A stretch of 38,421 nt of DNA, taken from the NCBI GenBank assembly GCA_943354975.1, contig CALRDS010000002.1, positions 1 through 38,421 of the forward strand, written 5' to 3'. Position numbers and translations under genes: made by a program. The notes under the pieces were generated by a model. The model saw only the letters and a program-made list of their open reading frames with translations, did not search any database and was not told the DNA's origin. Source of the stretch: Candidatus Nomurabacteria bacterium (GTDB lineage: Bacteria; Patescibacteriota; Minisyncoccia; Phycocordibacterales; UBA5272). Below are positions 1 through 9,512 of this stretch, in pieces. Every line of letters starts with the position of its first letter. Position 1 is the stretch's first letter.

Positions 1-227
1 GAAAGTCCAAGTTCTCTGCTTGCTTTAGTGTCTGCAACTTCAGAAACGATGACACCGTTAGGAGTAATGATTGTTAAGTCATGACGAACAAATTTATCTA
101 TAAAAACTACATTACACACCTTCTCAAAAAAACAATTATATCCATACCAACCAAATAGAACAATAAGTATAGCCATAGTTCCGTATACTATTTTTTTTTC
201 CTTATGCAAGAGATGATTTTTTTTCAT
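1..227 (-). CDS. DUF192-like protein, N-terminal part (3' end runs off the window)
   Basis: Absent from the ORF track because there is no stop in the window. ATG at 227-225. Translation: MKKNHLLHKEKKIVYGTMAILIVLFGWYGYNCFFEKVCNVVFIDKFVRHDLTIITPNGVIVSEVADTKASRELGL. It has an N-terminal TM anchor followed by a 'vEvADT..sReLGL' motif resembling DUF192/COG1430. Confidence 0.5.
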   Translation of the reverse strand, partial: MKKNHLLHKEKKIVYGTMAILIVLFGWYGYNCFFEKVCNVVFIDKFVRHDLTIITPNGVIVSEVADTKASRELGL

Positions 228-262
228 AAATAAATACAGCACTCCTATATCTCATCAAAGTA

Positions 263-550
263 TTAATCCTTTAAAGCCTTCTTAATATGAATAAAAATTC
301 TATGCCCTGAATCTCCTCTCTTGTGGTCAGAGTGATATATATCACACGTATGTCCATCTAATTTAACATCGGCTAATACTGGATTGTTGCCATAATCAGA
401 TTCTGGAGATGGTGGTTGTTTCCCTGTCATAACATCATTAAAGTGATTTAGTTTCCCATAAACAGCAGCCTTTGTAATCTCTTCAATCCAAAACCCAGCC
501 CCTTTCCATATTTCTTCCGAATTGCCTATATTATTAGCTGAATTTTCCAT
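263..550 (-). CDS. hypothetical protein (95 aa)
   Basis: ORF with ATG start and no motif I recognise. Upstream on the coding strand is TGATACAAT (extended -10-like), and the leader ends ATAAACTTT-ATG, as in htpX and prfA. Confidence 0.45.
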   Translation of the reverse strand: MENSANNIGNSEEIWKGAGFWIEEITKAAVYGKLNHFNDVMTGKQPPSPESDYGNNPVLADVKLDGHTCDIYHSDHKRGDSGHRIFIHIKKALKD

Positions 551-601
551 AAAGTTTATTACATTCCATTTATTGTATCACGATTGCGCTACAACAAATT
601 A

Positions 602-976
602 TTAATTACCCCAACCTTGAAAAATATATCCAAAAAAAATTGCTGAAAAAAGTAGAAAAGGTAGATATAGTACCATTGCTACTACAAAAACCATTACAAA
701 TATAATAATAATTTTATTAATAGCCTTTCTTATTTTAGAAGTCGAAAGGTACGCTAGTATTAAACACCAAAAAATTAAAATGTTTGGAAACTTTTCTATA
801 GTAAAAATTGCAAATAGTAAAATTGGCCCTAAAATGAACAATTTAGCAAAAATAGGCATATCCCATAATTTCGATAAATATGAAATCTCTTTATTTGTCT
901 CATTATTTTGTAAAATATTTTGATCTACTAATTGATTTGAGGGAATTACTTCTTGAAAAGGTCTATTATTTGCCAT
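602..976 (-). CDS. hypothetical membrane protein (124 aa, about 3 TM segments)
   Basis: ATG start. Long hydrophobic stretches (FAKLFILGPILLFAIFTI, LIFWCLILAYL, IIIIFVMVFVVAMVLYLPFLLFSAIFFGYIF). Confidence 0.5.
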   Translation of the reverse strand: MANNRPFQEVIPSNQLVDQNILQNNETNKEISYLSKLWDMPIFAKLFILGPILLFAIFTIEKFPNILIFWCLILAYLSTSKIRKAINKIIIIFVMVFVVAMVLYLPFLLFSAIFFGYIFQGWGN

Positions 977-1179
977 CTTCTAAGTATACCACTCCCAATC
1001 GTCTTATTATTCTCTAAAGTATCAGCAATTGCTAGATATAAAATATCCTCTTCCGTAAGGAAATTTTGGTTTTTATTGATTTGTTCTATTGTCGTAGATG
1101 GGGTTAGAGCCCAAATTAATCTACTCGATAAATTTAAAAGATAACAGTAATGACTCCAGGACAATTGAATCACTTTCAT
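946..1179 (-). CDS. doubtful small ORF (77 aa)
   Basis: The only canonical start (ATG 1179) overlaps the upstream gene by 59 nt, and the 3' end overlaps the next gene by 31 nt. No motif recognised. Confidence 0.2.
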   Translation of the reverse strand: MKVIQLSWSHYCYLLNLSSRLIWALTPSTTIEQINKNQNFLTEEDILYLAIADTLENNKTIGSGILRRWQIIDLFKK

Positions 1180-1828
1180 TTTTAGTAGTGTAAAAATTTA
1201 TTTCGAACTGTTCACCATTTATAATTAGTTTTATGTAAGTTGCAAAACTACCGTTATTAAAACTAACTTGAGAGAAAGCTGCTGGTACACCAGCAACAGA
1301 AATCTCTTTACTTACGAGCACTCCAGAGTAATATTTACCTAGATCAACATAGAAACGAGAATACTGCACTGGATCCAAAAGACGTGTAGCTAATTCTTTT
1401 GTATCTTTAGTGTTAACAACAATCATACTCCCACTCTTAACAGGCATAATCTCAGCTATATTTCTCTCACTTTCATTTTTTGAAAATGAAGAATTCTCAG
1501 AATACTCTGGAGAAACTATTTTCAAATTATCACTACCTATAGAAATTTCTTTCCACGCGCTCGGAATAGTTACTTCAAATTTATTACCAATGTAAACTTT
1601 ATTGTCCTTAACAACTAAATCAACCTCTGCTCTACCATTTCCCTTGTTAGGACTTTTACTGGCAACGAAGCCAGAATTCTTATTTACAAACTCTCTCTCT
1701 TTTGGTTTACTAACCTGCTTCTCTGTAAAAAGTGACCATGTAAATGGATTCCACCAAGAAGCAAGTACTGAAGTTGTCACTCCAAAAAAAAGCACAGAAA
1801 TTAGTGCGAGTGTTTTTATTTTTTTCAT
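1121..1828 (-). CDS. secreted/membrane-anchored hypothetical protein (235 aa from ATG 1828)
   Basis: MKKIKTLALISVLFFGVTTSVLA is a signal-peptide-like N-terminus. The track ORF begins at GTG 1858, but ATG 1828 sits 7 nt after TGATATACT (extended -10-like, 1836-1844). Confidence 0.6.
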   Translation of the reverse strand: MKKIKTLALISVLFFGVTTSVLASWWNPFTWSLFTEKQVSKPKEREFVNKNSGFVASKSPNKGNGRAEVDLVVKDNKVYIGNKFEVTIPSAWKEISIGSDNLKIVSPEYSENSSFSKNESERNIAEIMPVKSGSMIVVNTKDTKELATRLLDPVQYSRFYVDLGKYYSGVLVSKEISVAGVPAAFSQVSFNNGSFATYIKLIINGEQFEINFYTTKNESDSIVLESLLLSFKFIE

Positions 1829-1860
1829 ATTATCAAGTATATCAGTTCTAACCCACACAG

Positions 1861-3648
1861 TTATGACTTTCTTCCTGCTTTTGATCTATCGCTTTCAGTT
1901 AAAAGTTGCTTTCGTAGTCTCACTGATTTTGGGGTAACTTCAAGATACTCATCAGCGTTCATTATTTCAAGACCACGCTCTATACTAATCTCCCACGCAG
2001 GGACTAATACAATAGCTTCATCGGCACCTGATGAACGCATGTTAGAAAGCTGCTTTCCTTTAGTTGGGTTCACCATCATTTCTTCACCTTTTGAGGTATT
2101 CCCAATAACCATCCCCTCATATACTTCTGTTGTTGGTAGAATATAAATAACTCCACGCTCTTGTAGATTCCACAATGAAAACGCTAGAGATTTTCCTCCT
2201 GCCATTGATGTCATCGAACCTACAAGACGTCGTGTAATTATCCCAGCATACGGACCAAATTTTGAAAATCTAGCAGATAATATCCCAAGACCTTTTGTAT
2301 CAATAACAAACTCTCCTCGGTATCCAAGTAGTCCTCGTGTTGGGATTTCTGCTCTAATACGCGTTATTCCATGTTTTTCTTGCATATCAGAAACACTGGC
2401 TTTTCTACGCCCTAACTTTTCCATAACTGTTCCTGAAAATTCTGTTGGCACATCTATTACAAGTTCTTCGTACGGCTCTTCTTTCACTCCATCTTTTTCG
2501 TGAAAAATAACCTGTGGTTGTGATACTTGAAGTTCATATCCTTCACGTCGCATAGTTTCCAATAATACTGCTATATGAAGTTCTCCTCTACCATAAACTA
2601 AATATTTATCTAGCCCGAAATCAATATGTAAACCAACATTTATTTCTGTTTCTTTTTCCAATCGATCACGAATCTGACGTCCAGTAACAAATTTTCCCTC
2701 TTTACCAGCAAATGGACTATCATTGACTAAAAAATCAAGTGATATAGTCGGTTCATCAATTGCAATTGCTGGCATTGGATCTTGATCTACATTTTTCAAA
2801 AATGTTTCCCCAATAAAAATATCAGAAAATCCAGCAACCATTATAATATCTCCTGCAGTCGCGACTTCTTCTTCTATTCTTTGTACTCCACGGAAAGTAA
2901 ACAATTTCGTGATGCGTCCTTTGCGTGATTCGCCAGTTGATTTCTTTACCACAATTTCTTCCCCTACTTTTGCCGTACCATCATAGACTCGCGCAATAGC
3001 CATACGACCTAAGAAATTATCATACGCTAAATTAAACACTTGAGCCACGAACGGATTCGCTACGTCTCCTGTTGCGCGTGGTACTTTTTCTAAAATTACA
3101 TCAAGTAATGGTGTTAAATCTTTTCTCTCATCATCAACCTTTCTCATCGCTACTCCTTCACGACCAATTGCATATACAGTTGTGAAGTCTAATTGCTCAT
3201 CATTTGCACCAAGCTCTAAGAACAATTCAAAAACCTCATCATGTGCACGAGCTGGGTCCGCTGCTGGTTTGTCTATTTTATTTATAACAACAATCGGTTT
3301 AAGACCAAGTTCAAGAGATTTCTTTAACACGAAACGAGTTTGTGGCATTGGACCTTCTTGAGCATCAACAACTAGAAGCACACAATCAATAGAGCGTAGT
3401 ACTCGTTCTACTTCAGAGCCAAAGTCAGCATGCCCTGGAGTGTCGAGAATGTTTATTTTTGTACCTTTGTAATCAACTGAAGTATTTTTCGCAGTAATTG
3501 TAATTCCGCGTTCTTTTTCCATCGGATTTGAGTCCATAGTCTGTCCTGCTTCTCCAGTACCGCACTGTTGCATCAAAGCATCGGTAAGAGTGGTCTTACC
3601 GTGGTCAACGTGAGCGATTATTGCGATGTTACGAATTTCCTGTTGCAT
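1861..3648 (-). CDS. typA: translational GTPase TypA/BipA
   Basis: G motifs [17 protein letters not shown] and NKID, with an EF-G-like domain order and about 595 aa. Start moved to ATG 3648 ([20 protein letters not shown]); the 30 extra track codons cover a promoter and hairpin. Confidence 0.95.
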   Translation of the reverse strand: MQQEIRNIAIIAHVDHGKTTLTDALMQQCGTGEAGQTMDSNPMEKERGITITAKNTSVDYKGTKINILDTPGHADFGSEVERVLRSIDCVLLVVDAQEGPMPQTRFVLKKSLELGLKPIVVINKIDKPAADPARAHDEVFELFLELGANDEQLDFTTVYAIGREGVAMRKVDDERKDLTPLLDVILEKVPRATGDVANPFVAQVFNLAYDNFLGRMAIARVYDGTAKVGEEIVVKKSTGESRKGRITKLFTFRGVQRIEEEVATAGDIIMVAGFSDIFIGETFLKNVDQDPMPAIAIDEPTISLDFLVNDSPFAGKEGKFVTGRQIRDRLEKETEINVGLHIDFGLDKYLVYGRGELHIAVLLETMRREGYELQVSQPQVIFHEKDGVKEEPYEELVIDVPTEFSGTVMEKLGRRKASVSDMQEKHGITRIRAEIPTRGLLGYRGEFVIDTKGLGILSARFSKFGPYAGIITRRLVGSMTSMAGGKSLAFSLWNLQERGVIYILPTTEVYEGMVIGNTSKGEEMMVNPTKGKQLSNMRSSGADEAIVLVPAWEISIERGLEIMNADEYLEVTPKSVRLRKQLLTESDRSKAGRKS

Positions 3649-3670
3649 AATTATGATTCCTAAATACAAA

Positions 3671-3699
3671 AGTGGCACCCTGGTGTGGCGGATGCCACT
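3671..3699 (-). promoter_or_regulatory. hairpin + U-tract in the typA 5' UTR (attenuator-like)
   Basis: Coding strand AAAGTGGCAtccgccacaccagggTGCCACTTTTGTATTTAGG lies 22 nt before the typA ATG. An alternative small hairpin GTGGCatccGCCAC uses the same 5' arm. Confidence 0.35.
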
Positions 3700-3716
3700 T
3701 TCTCTAACGTAGGAAT

Positions 3717-3746
3717 AGTATAGCACGAAATCACACACTTTGCCAA
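3717..3746 (-). promoter_or_regulatory. candidate sigma70-type promoter of typA
   Basis: Coding strand TTGGCA (3741-3746), 18-nt spacer, TGC-TATACT (3717-3722). Confidence 0.4.
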
Positions 3747-3762
3747 TGAGTCAACTTAATCT

Positions 3763-3847
3763 ATAAATACAAAACACGGCTCACATGATAGCAATTTTAA
3801 CTAGAAGCTTTCGGCCACTAAGAAATTACAAACCTGCGTAGCCGTGT
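3763..3847 (-). terminator. possible terminator of the 77-aa gene (long-range stem + T tract)
   Basis: ACACGGCT (3840-3847 rc) pairs with AGCCGTGT (3774-3781 rc) and is followed by TTTTGTATTTAT. The same TTTTGTATTTA tail follows the hairpin at 3671-3699. The loop is long (about 58 nt), so this is a weak call. Confidence 0.3.
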
Positions 3848-3873
3848 ACATCTGAACTTTGAGATGTTGCAAA

Positions 3874-4107
3874 CTACCTTACTGCGCCATTCCTCGGAAT
3901 AGAAATCGTCCCTGACTTATCCTTCACATAAACATTTCCGGACTTGTCAGTCGAGATTTCGGTACCTGCCATCTGTTGGCGAAACGGTGAAAAAATAACG
4001 AAGAGCATCACAACAAATACCACGAGTGCCCCCACTTTCATTTTCTTCGGTCCCCAAATGACAAACACAAGTGCTACGATGGCGATCAAATACGTCTCTG
4101 TCGACAT
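3874..4107 (-). CDS. small two-TM membrane protein (77 aa)
   Basis: ATG preceded by GGAGGG-tatc (strong SD). Two hydrophobic helices. GC visibly above the neighbours. Confidence 0.5.
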   Translation of the reverse strand: MSTETYLIAIVALVFVIWGPKKMKVGALVVFVVMLFVIFSPFRQQMAGTEISTDKSGNVYVKDKSGTISIPRNGAVR

Positions 4108-4181
4108 GATACCCTCCGCTGTTGGACAAGTGAATGTTCAAAATGCCTATCACATAATAGTATACACAATACTAAAATTCC

Positions 4182-6185
4182 TTACTTTCCGATGACTTCT
4201 CTTAGAAATGCTTTCTGACTAGGTTCGCGCCCTAGGAAATTTTTTATCAATTTCATTTCATCTTCACTACTTCCCTTTTCCAATACTTCTTTGCGCCACT
4301 TCATCCCAATTATTTTATTTGTCATAACATTCTTGGTACCCTTTCTTTTAAATTCTTCAAACGCATCACATGCGTAAGCTAGTGCCCACAGATATGAATA
4401 GTACCCGGCGTCATATCCAACCAAGTGTCCGAAACCAGCTGGAAATAGTGTTTCTTTTTCTGGAAGATCAATATTGAAATAGAGCTTATACATTTTTCTA
4501 TAAGCTACACGAGCATTAGATATTTTCCCAGTATGTAAATCCATATCTAGTTTTCCAAATACAATTTGTCTTAAATAAGCATATCCATTTTGGAAATTCC
4601 TTGCTTTAATTATTTTATCTATTAAACTCTTTGGCATTCTCTCACCTGTTTTATAATGCTTGGATAATTTAGACATTATATTTTCATCCCAAACCCAATT
4701 CTCCATAATCTGTGATGGTGTCTCCACAAAGTCCCATGCAACATTTGCCCCAGCCTGAGATTCTAGTCGTGCGCGAGAAAGTGTCATATGAAGAAGATGC
4801 CCGAATTCATGAAATAGTGTTTCAACTTCTCGAACTGAAAGCAAAGATGGAGAGCCTTTTGATGGGGTCGAAAAATTACACAGCATCGCAGAAAAAGGAG
4901 CTACATACTCATTCGTTTTGTAGCCTTGTTCACGGGACACTATAACATCCACCATACATGCATGACCAAACTTTCCCTCACGTGGAAACATATCCATAGA
5001 AAAATAACCAATTAAAGACTTGTCTTTATCATTTATCTGATAGGTTTTTACATCTTTATGCCATAATTTCATCGGGATTTCTTTTATAGATATAGAAAAA
5101 AGATTGCCAAAAAGTTTAAACATTTCCTCTCTTACATTATCAAGCTGGAAAAACGCTCTAGTTGTTTCTGGATCAATATCAAATAATTTTTTCTGTAATT
5201 TATTACTAATATATGCAATATCATAGTGTCCCGCCTTTTTTATACCAAATGAAAGGCCGTGTTTGCTAATTTCTATAGAATCTTTTTTTGCAATTGGCAC
5301 AAGGCTTTTTAGTAATGAGTTCTGGAAATTCTCTACGGTTTTGACATTTTTAGCCATTCTTGTTTCGGTAACAAAATCACCATGATGTTTATATCCTAAA
5401 ATAGTTGAAATTTCGTGTCTTATTTTTACTAATTCTTCTAAGACTTTTAAATTTTTGACTCCACCCTTCTTTAAATTTTTCTCTGCAAGCTCTTTTCTTT
5501 TATCACGGTTATCAGCTTCTGCCATAAATGGTCCGATATGCGGATATTGTAGAGAAACAATATACCGTCCATCAGTATGGCGCGGTAGTGATGAAACAAA
5601 TCTCTCGGGTAGCCCAGATAAGTCATCTTTTTTACAAAGAATATAATCCTGATAATTATTTATGTTATTTTTAAATTCAATAGATAGCTTTGATGATTTT
5701 TTAAGTAATACTTTTAATCTATTTTGAACTTTTACAGGTAATGCAAATCCCATACGACGAAAATCACGCATAGTTTCTTCAAGAAGTTTTATATCTTCAA
5801 CGCGTAATGACTTCTTCTCTTTCAGATAATTCCCCTCATAATATTCACACAGTGCCTCAAATAAACCTTTATCATAAACGACATCAACTATCTTTTGTGA
5901 AACCTCTGTAGATACAGAAACTGCTCCATCTCTAATTTCTTTTTTTGGAGAAGTCTCAGCAAGTAAACCAATTTTTCCAAAAATACTCTCGAATTTGTCA
6001 TCGCACCTCTCTAATGCATATAGTGTATTTAAAAATGTTCTATCCTTTTTTGGAATTGATTTTATTTCAGAATAAACTTTTTTCTTATGATTTATATACT
6101 CCTGTGCAATCTTTTTCATCTGGGTCGGAGTAATATTTACCCATTTAAAATCTTTTTGAGTAAGTGGAAGAGTTTTTATAGTCAT
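4182..6185 (-). CDS. M3-family zinc oligopeptidase (thimet oligopeptidase / Dcp / PrlC-like)
   Basis: HEFGH zinc motif in context TLFHEFGHLLHMTLS. At 667 aa its length is typical of M3A. Confidence 0.88.
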   Translation of the reverse strand: MTIKTLPLTQKDFKWVNITPTQMKKIAQEYINHKKKVYSEIKSIPKKDRTFLNTLYALERCDDKFESIFGKIGLLAETSPKKEIRDGAVSVSTEVSQKIVDVVYDKGLFEALCEYYEGNYLKEKKSLRVEDIKLLEETMRDFRRMGFALPVKVQNRLKVLLKKSSKLSIEFKNNINNYQDYILCKKDDLSGLPERFVSSLPRHTDGRYIVSLQYPHIGPFMAEADNRDKRKELAEKNLKKGGVKNLKVLEELVKIRHEISTILGYKHHGDFVTETRMAKNVKTVENFQNSLLKSLVPIAKKDSIEISKHGLSFGIKKAGHYDIAYISNKLQKKLFDIDPETTRAFFQLDNVREEMFKLFGNLFSISIKEIPMKLWHKDVKTYQINDKDKSLIGYFSMDMFPREGKFGHACMVDVIVSREQGYKTNEYVAPFSAMLCNFSTPSKGSPSLLSVREVETLFHEFGHLLHMTLSRARLESQAGANVAWDFVETPSQIMENWVWDENIMSKLSKHYKTGERMPKSLIDKIIKARNFQNGYAYLRQIVFGKLDMDLHTGKISNARVAYRKMYKLYFNIDLPEKETLFPAGFGHLVGYDAGYYSYLWALAYACDAFEEFKRKGTKNVMTNKIIGMKWRKEVLEKGSSEDEMKLIKNFLGREPSQKAFLREVIGK

Positions 6186-6263
6186 AGACTACATACTAGC
6201 AAAATTATACAGAAAGGAAAAATATGCTAAATACGCAAGCCTAATTTATTAAAGATAGTAAGA

Positions 6264-7256
6264 CTAAGGAATGAGAAATGCTCTTTCACCGACCTTTTTG
6301 TAATGAGTTGTACTATCTCCTGGTTGTGTCAAGCCTTGTTTTTTATCATATACACCGAAAGTAATACTATTTGTACTAGTAGCTGTGACCTTATAACCAC
6401 TTGCTCCATTAGGACCATCGAATTCTACATATGTTTGATTTCCTGTAAGACTTGAATTTGGAACCTTAACTGATGCAGATGCTCCGTAACTATAATAACT
6501 TAAACCAGTGGAATCACTGCCAAACACAAATGTACCTTGATCCATGAAATAACTATTGCCTAAAGAAAATTTTTCAAGTACCTTACCACCTTCTAAATCA
6601 ATAATAAAACCAAATCCAGAAACCGCACTATCTTTTGGTATATAGACCCTAGTAAAGGCTAAACCTGGAGAGACTACGACTTCAGCAATACTACTTATAA
6701 ATGATCCGATGTCCTTATCTTTCTTTAATAGTTCTTTTACAGATTCAACTATTACAGAATCTTCATCTGAAAGAGTTGTAGTCGCAGAATTACTATCCAA
6801 AACTTTTATAGCTTTAAAATCGTATGTTTTTGCAGGGGCAGTAGGAAATGCCAAGATTGGAACATTTTGTACAACTGGAACCTGTTTTTCTACTACAACT
6901 GGTTCTGGTTTAGGAACAAGATATGTGAAATATCCGTATGCTACACCACCCCCTAAAATAAGACCAAGTAATAGAAATCCTATAATGCTTACACCACTAC
7001 CTCCACTTGAAGGTTTATTTATATTTACCGGAACTGGAGGAATCGACGAAGGCATTGTCGCAGGCCTTTGTGCATTAAGCGGTGCTACTGGCGCTGATGG
7101 GGCAGGAACACTTGGAGAAAATTTAATCACTGGAGTAGTGACTGGATTTGTAGCTGGAGATACTGCCGCACCAGCAGACATTGGAGGAAATGGTGGCGGG
7201 GTTGTTGGGGCTGTTGGAACTGGAGTTGATAATGTTTGGTTGTTTTGTGGATCCAT
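6264..7256 (-). CDS. membrane-anchored protein with Pro-rich N-terminus (330 aa from ATG 7256)
   Basis: About 90-aa P/A/T/S-rich low-complexity N-terminus, one TM (IIGFLLLGLILGGGVAYGYF), then a beta-rich extracytoplasmic domain. The track start at 7265 is TTG; an ATG lies 3 codons in. Confidence 0.6.
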   Translation of the reverse strand: MDPQNNQTLSTPVPTAPTTPPPFPPMSAGAAVSPATNPVTTPVIKFSPSVPAPSAPVAPLNAQRPATMPSSIPPVPVNINKPSSGGSGVSIIGFLLLGLILGGGVAYGYFTYLVPKPEPVVVEKQVPVVQNVPILAFPTAPAKTYDFKAIKVLDSNSATTTLSDEDSVIVESVKELLKKDKDIGSFISSIAEVVVSPGLAFTRVYIPKDSAVSGFGFIIDLEGGKVLEKFSLGNSYFMDQGTFVFGSDSTGLSYYSYGASASVKVPNSSLTGNQTYVEFDGPNGASGYKVTATSTNSITFGVYDKKQGLTQPGDSTTHYKKVGERAFLIP

Positions 7257-7298
7257 ATAATACAAGTGTACATCCTATATTAAATATTTTATACACGG

Positions 7299-7850
7299 TT
7301 ATCCTCTTTTTTTCATTTTATGAACATAACACCTTAAATCATGAGAATTTTTAAGCATATTTATACTCATAAGAAATTCTCCAACTATTTCTCCACCGAC
7401 AAATTTAAAATGTTTTTTAAAAATCTTCAGCCACTCCCCTCTGTCTTCTTTTAAAACTTTTCCTTGAACATCTAGCCAATTTATGAAACCTCCAAATTCT
7501 TTTTGTAATTTTAAAATACTTTGTGCATTATAAATAGCAGCATTTATCTTTAGTTTATTCCTGATAATACCAACATTATTCATAAGTCTAAAGAAATCTT
7601 TTTCTTTATACTTTGCTACTTTTTTAATATCAAAATCCTGGTATGCCTTTCTAAACCCCCTTTCTTTATTAAGAATAGTCCTCCAAGAAAGTCCCGCCTG
7701 GTTTATCTCCATAATTAGCCGACCGAACAATTCATTGTCATCCGCAATCCTGACTCCATAATGATTATCATGATAAATCTTATCTACATCATTTTTATCA
7801 GTAATCTTTGAAACATAATTACAATAGGGGTGAGTAAAATCTTTCTCCAT
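7299..7850 (-). CDS. tag: DNA-3-methyladenine glycosylase I
   Basis: YHDNHYGV...DDNELFGRLIMEINQAGLSWRTILNKERGFRKAY..IIRNKLKINAAIYNA matches the Tag family pattern. Confidence 0.88.
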   Translation of the reverse strand: MEKDFTHPYCNYVSKITDKNDVDKIYHDNHYGVRIADDNELFGRLIMEINQAGLSWRTILNKERGFRKAYQDFDIKKVAKYKEKDFFRLMNNVGIIRNKLKINAAIYNAQSILKLQKEFGGFINWLDVQGKVLKEDRGEWLKIFKKHFKFVGGEIVGEFLMSINMLKNSHDLRCYVHKMKKRG

Positions 7851-7851
7851 A

Positions 7852-8199
7852 CTAACGTGAGCGCATAATAGTTATTCCAGGTACACAATCTGTCCACACA
7901 TCTGGTTTTTGTATATCAACTTCTACTTTAACCACAACATTATGCGAAAGAACTTTCTTGGCAATCTCTTCTGCTAATGATTCTATAAGATTATGAGGAC
8001 TTTCAATTAATACGTCATGAATATATTTTCTTATATGCTCATAGTTTAAAGTCTGTCTCAAATCATCATTCTCCCCTGCACTTTTTACATCACATGTCGC
8101 AACTACATTCACCACGAAACGCTGTGACTTAGCATGTTCTTCTTTGTAATATCCATGCTTAGCCATTACTACGTAATTTTTTAAATAGACTTTATCCAT
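7852..8199 (-). CDS. folB: dihydroneopterin aldolase family protein (FolB-like)
   Basis: 115 aa. HGYYKEEHAKSQRFVVNV...DDLRQTLNYEHI...LIESLAEEIAKKVL fits the FolB/tunnelling-fold pattern. Only 1 nt from tag. Confidence 0.75.
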   Translation of the reverse strand: MDKVYLKNYVVMAKHGYYKEEHAKSQRFVVNVVATCDVKSAGENDDLRQTLNYEHIRKYIHDVLIESPHNLIESLAEEIAKKVLSHNVVVKVEVDIQKPDVWTDCVPGITIMRSR

Positions 8200-8201
8200 G
8201 T

Positions 8202-8672
8202 TTATATTCCTAGTATACGATAAACCGCTATTCCAAATGCAATTGTTACATTTAGTGACTCCTTTGTCCCATTCATTGGTATTTCTGCAATTACATTACT
8301 TTCTTTTAAGATTTCTTTATTTATTCCATCAACTTCACTACCAAGCACAAAGGCAATATTTTCTTTTCCTTTTATATTTAAAGACTTATAATCTACAGAA
8401 TTTTTGTCTTGTTCAAGAGAAATAATGTAACTCCCTTCTTTTTTTAATTTTTCTATACAAGATACCAGATTTTCAATAAATTCCCAATCAACTATATCTT
8501 CTGCGCCGAGTGCTACTTTTGTAAAATCTTTTCTTTTTCTACCCTTTTTATCTAGTGGTATTGGTGTAATTCCGCAAAGATATATCTTTTCAATTCCAAC
8601 AGCATTGCATGTTCGAAAAATAGAACCTACGTTATAGACACTACGAATATTATCAAGTACTACTATTTTCAT
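8202..8672 (-). CDS. SpoU/TrmH-family RNA 2'-O-methyltransferase
   Basis: SpoU motifs NVGSIFRTCNAVG, FVLGSEVDGI and IPMNGTKESLNVTIAFGIAVY. Confidence 0.85.
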   Translation of the reverse strand: MKIVVLDNIRSVYNVGSIFRTCNAVGIEKIYLCGITPIPLDKKGRKRKDFTKVALGAEDIVDWEFIENLVSCIEKLKKEGSYIISLEQDKNSVDYKSLNIKGKENIAFVLGSEVDGINKEILKESNVIAEIPMNGTKESLNVTIAFGIAVYRILGI

Positions 8673-8690
8673 AGATGAATACTAACATAT

Positions 8691-8719
8691 ACAAACAAAA
8701 AGGCCTCCTCCTGGCGGCC
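8691..8719 (-). terminator. intrinsic terminator after the 164-aa gene
   Basis: Coding strand GGCCGCC-agga-GGAGGCC followed by TTTTTGTTTG. Confidence 0.5.
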
Positions 8720-8735
8720 ATGTGATGAGAAATTT

Positions 8736-9230
8736 TTAAATTTCTTTTCCTTTTTTTCTTTTCTCTTCTCCCCTCATTTGGAGAGGAACGAGAACTACTG
8801 ACTTCTCCATGGCAATCAGATAAAGCTTCTGTGCCCCATGAAAATACTCGGAGAAGTCGTCATCTCCAACTGCATGTACAGCAATTGGTTTGCCTTTCAG
8901 CTTTTTAGTTATTCTATCAATATTACCATCAAGATCTATGTCCTCGACGAACAAGTCCTTGTCGATAAAAATACCAAGTCTTCCTGTGTTCGTGAAAAGA
9001 TAGACAATGTTGGTCCCGTTTGTCTCAATACTAACTGATCGCACGGCCTCATCCCCTATTATTTGACGTGCAACTCTTTTGTGGCATGTATCCGCCACAA
9101 TGCATGCAGCTAAAGCAACAATTTTTTCCTGTTCGACTTCGACCACTGGTGAAGTGGGCTCGGTGGTATTCATCAGTGCTAAACCAACAGCTCCTGAAAT
9201 GACAACCAGCAAAAAAATTATTTTTTTCAA
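8736..9230 (-). CDS. secreted hypothetical protein (164 aa)
   Basis: Signal-like MKKIIFLLVVISGAVGLA. TTG start preceded by GGGAGAG-aaaa (SD). GC-elevated (two 60-nt lines counted at 47-48%). Confidence 0.55.
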   Translation of the reverse strand: MKKIIFLLVVISGAVGLALMNTTEPTSPVVEVEQEKIVALAACIVADTCHKRVARQIIGDEAVRSVSIETNGTNIVYLFTNTGRLGIFIDKDLFVEDIDLDGNIDRITKKLKGKPIAVHAVGDDDFSEYFHGAQKLYLIAMEKSVVLVPLQMRGEEKRKKGKEI

Positions 9231-9512
9231 TTTTCTCTCCCAGACTTTAAGAACTAATCTTTATATTATAATGTGTAAATTCAGTTATGTCAAATACTTA
9301 CCAGTGTTCGGGCTTTAAAATGAGATTTTTATTTCTGGCGGTGTCTATTGTACAAAATTCGAACTTATTTTGAAAGCAATCCCGATACCGACTAATCGCA
9401 CGCGCAGAGCGCGTAGTGGCTTGAAACTAAATCGTACGCTCGGAGAAAGCCCCGCCACCGCCTCGCTTCACTCGGCAACCCCAAAAAGAAAAAATGTTCC
9501 TTGCTTTCTTGA

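Noticed and set aside
3649-3738. 30-codon N-terminal extension of typA in the ORF track (MCDFVLYYSYVRESGIRHTRVPLLYLGIII)
   Set aside because: The conserved TypA N-terminus starts at [20 protein letters not shown] (ATG 3648). The extension covers a promoter-like TTGGCA-18-TATACT and a hairpin + T tract and has a non-protein-like composition.
6709-7260. 183-aa plus-strand ORF (G/T-rich) antisense to the Pro-rich protein gene
   Set aside because: It is a mirror image of a Pro/Ala/Thr-rich coding region, with low-complexity Gly-rich translation and no start context. This is a typical shadow ORF.
9441-9460. GGAGAAAGCCCCGCC resembling the RNase P RNA CR-I motif GGAGGAAAGUCCGGGC
   Set aside because: The match is partial only. 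None of the other conserved RNase P regions (such as ACAGAA..GGCUUA) or a P4 partner is present nearby on either strand.
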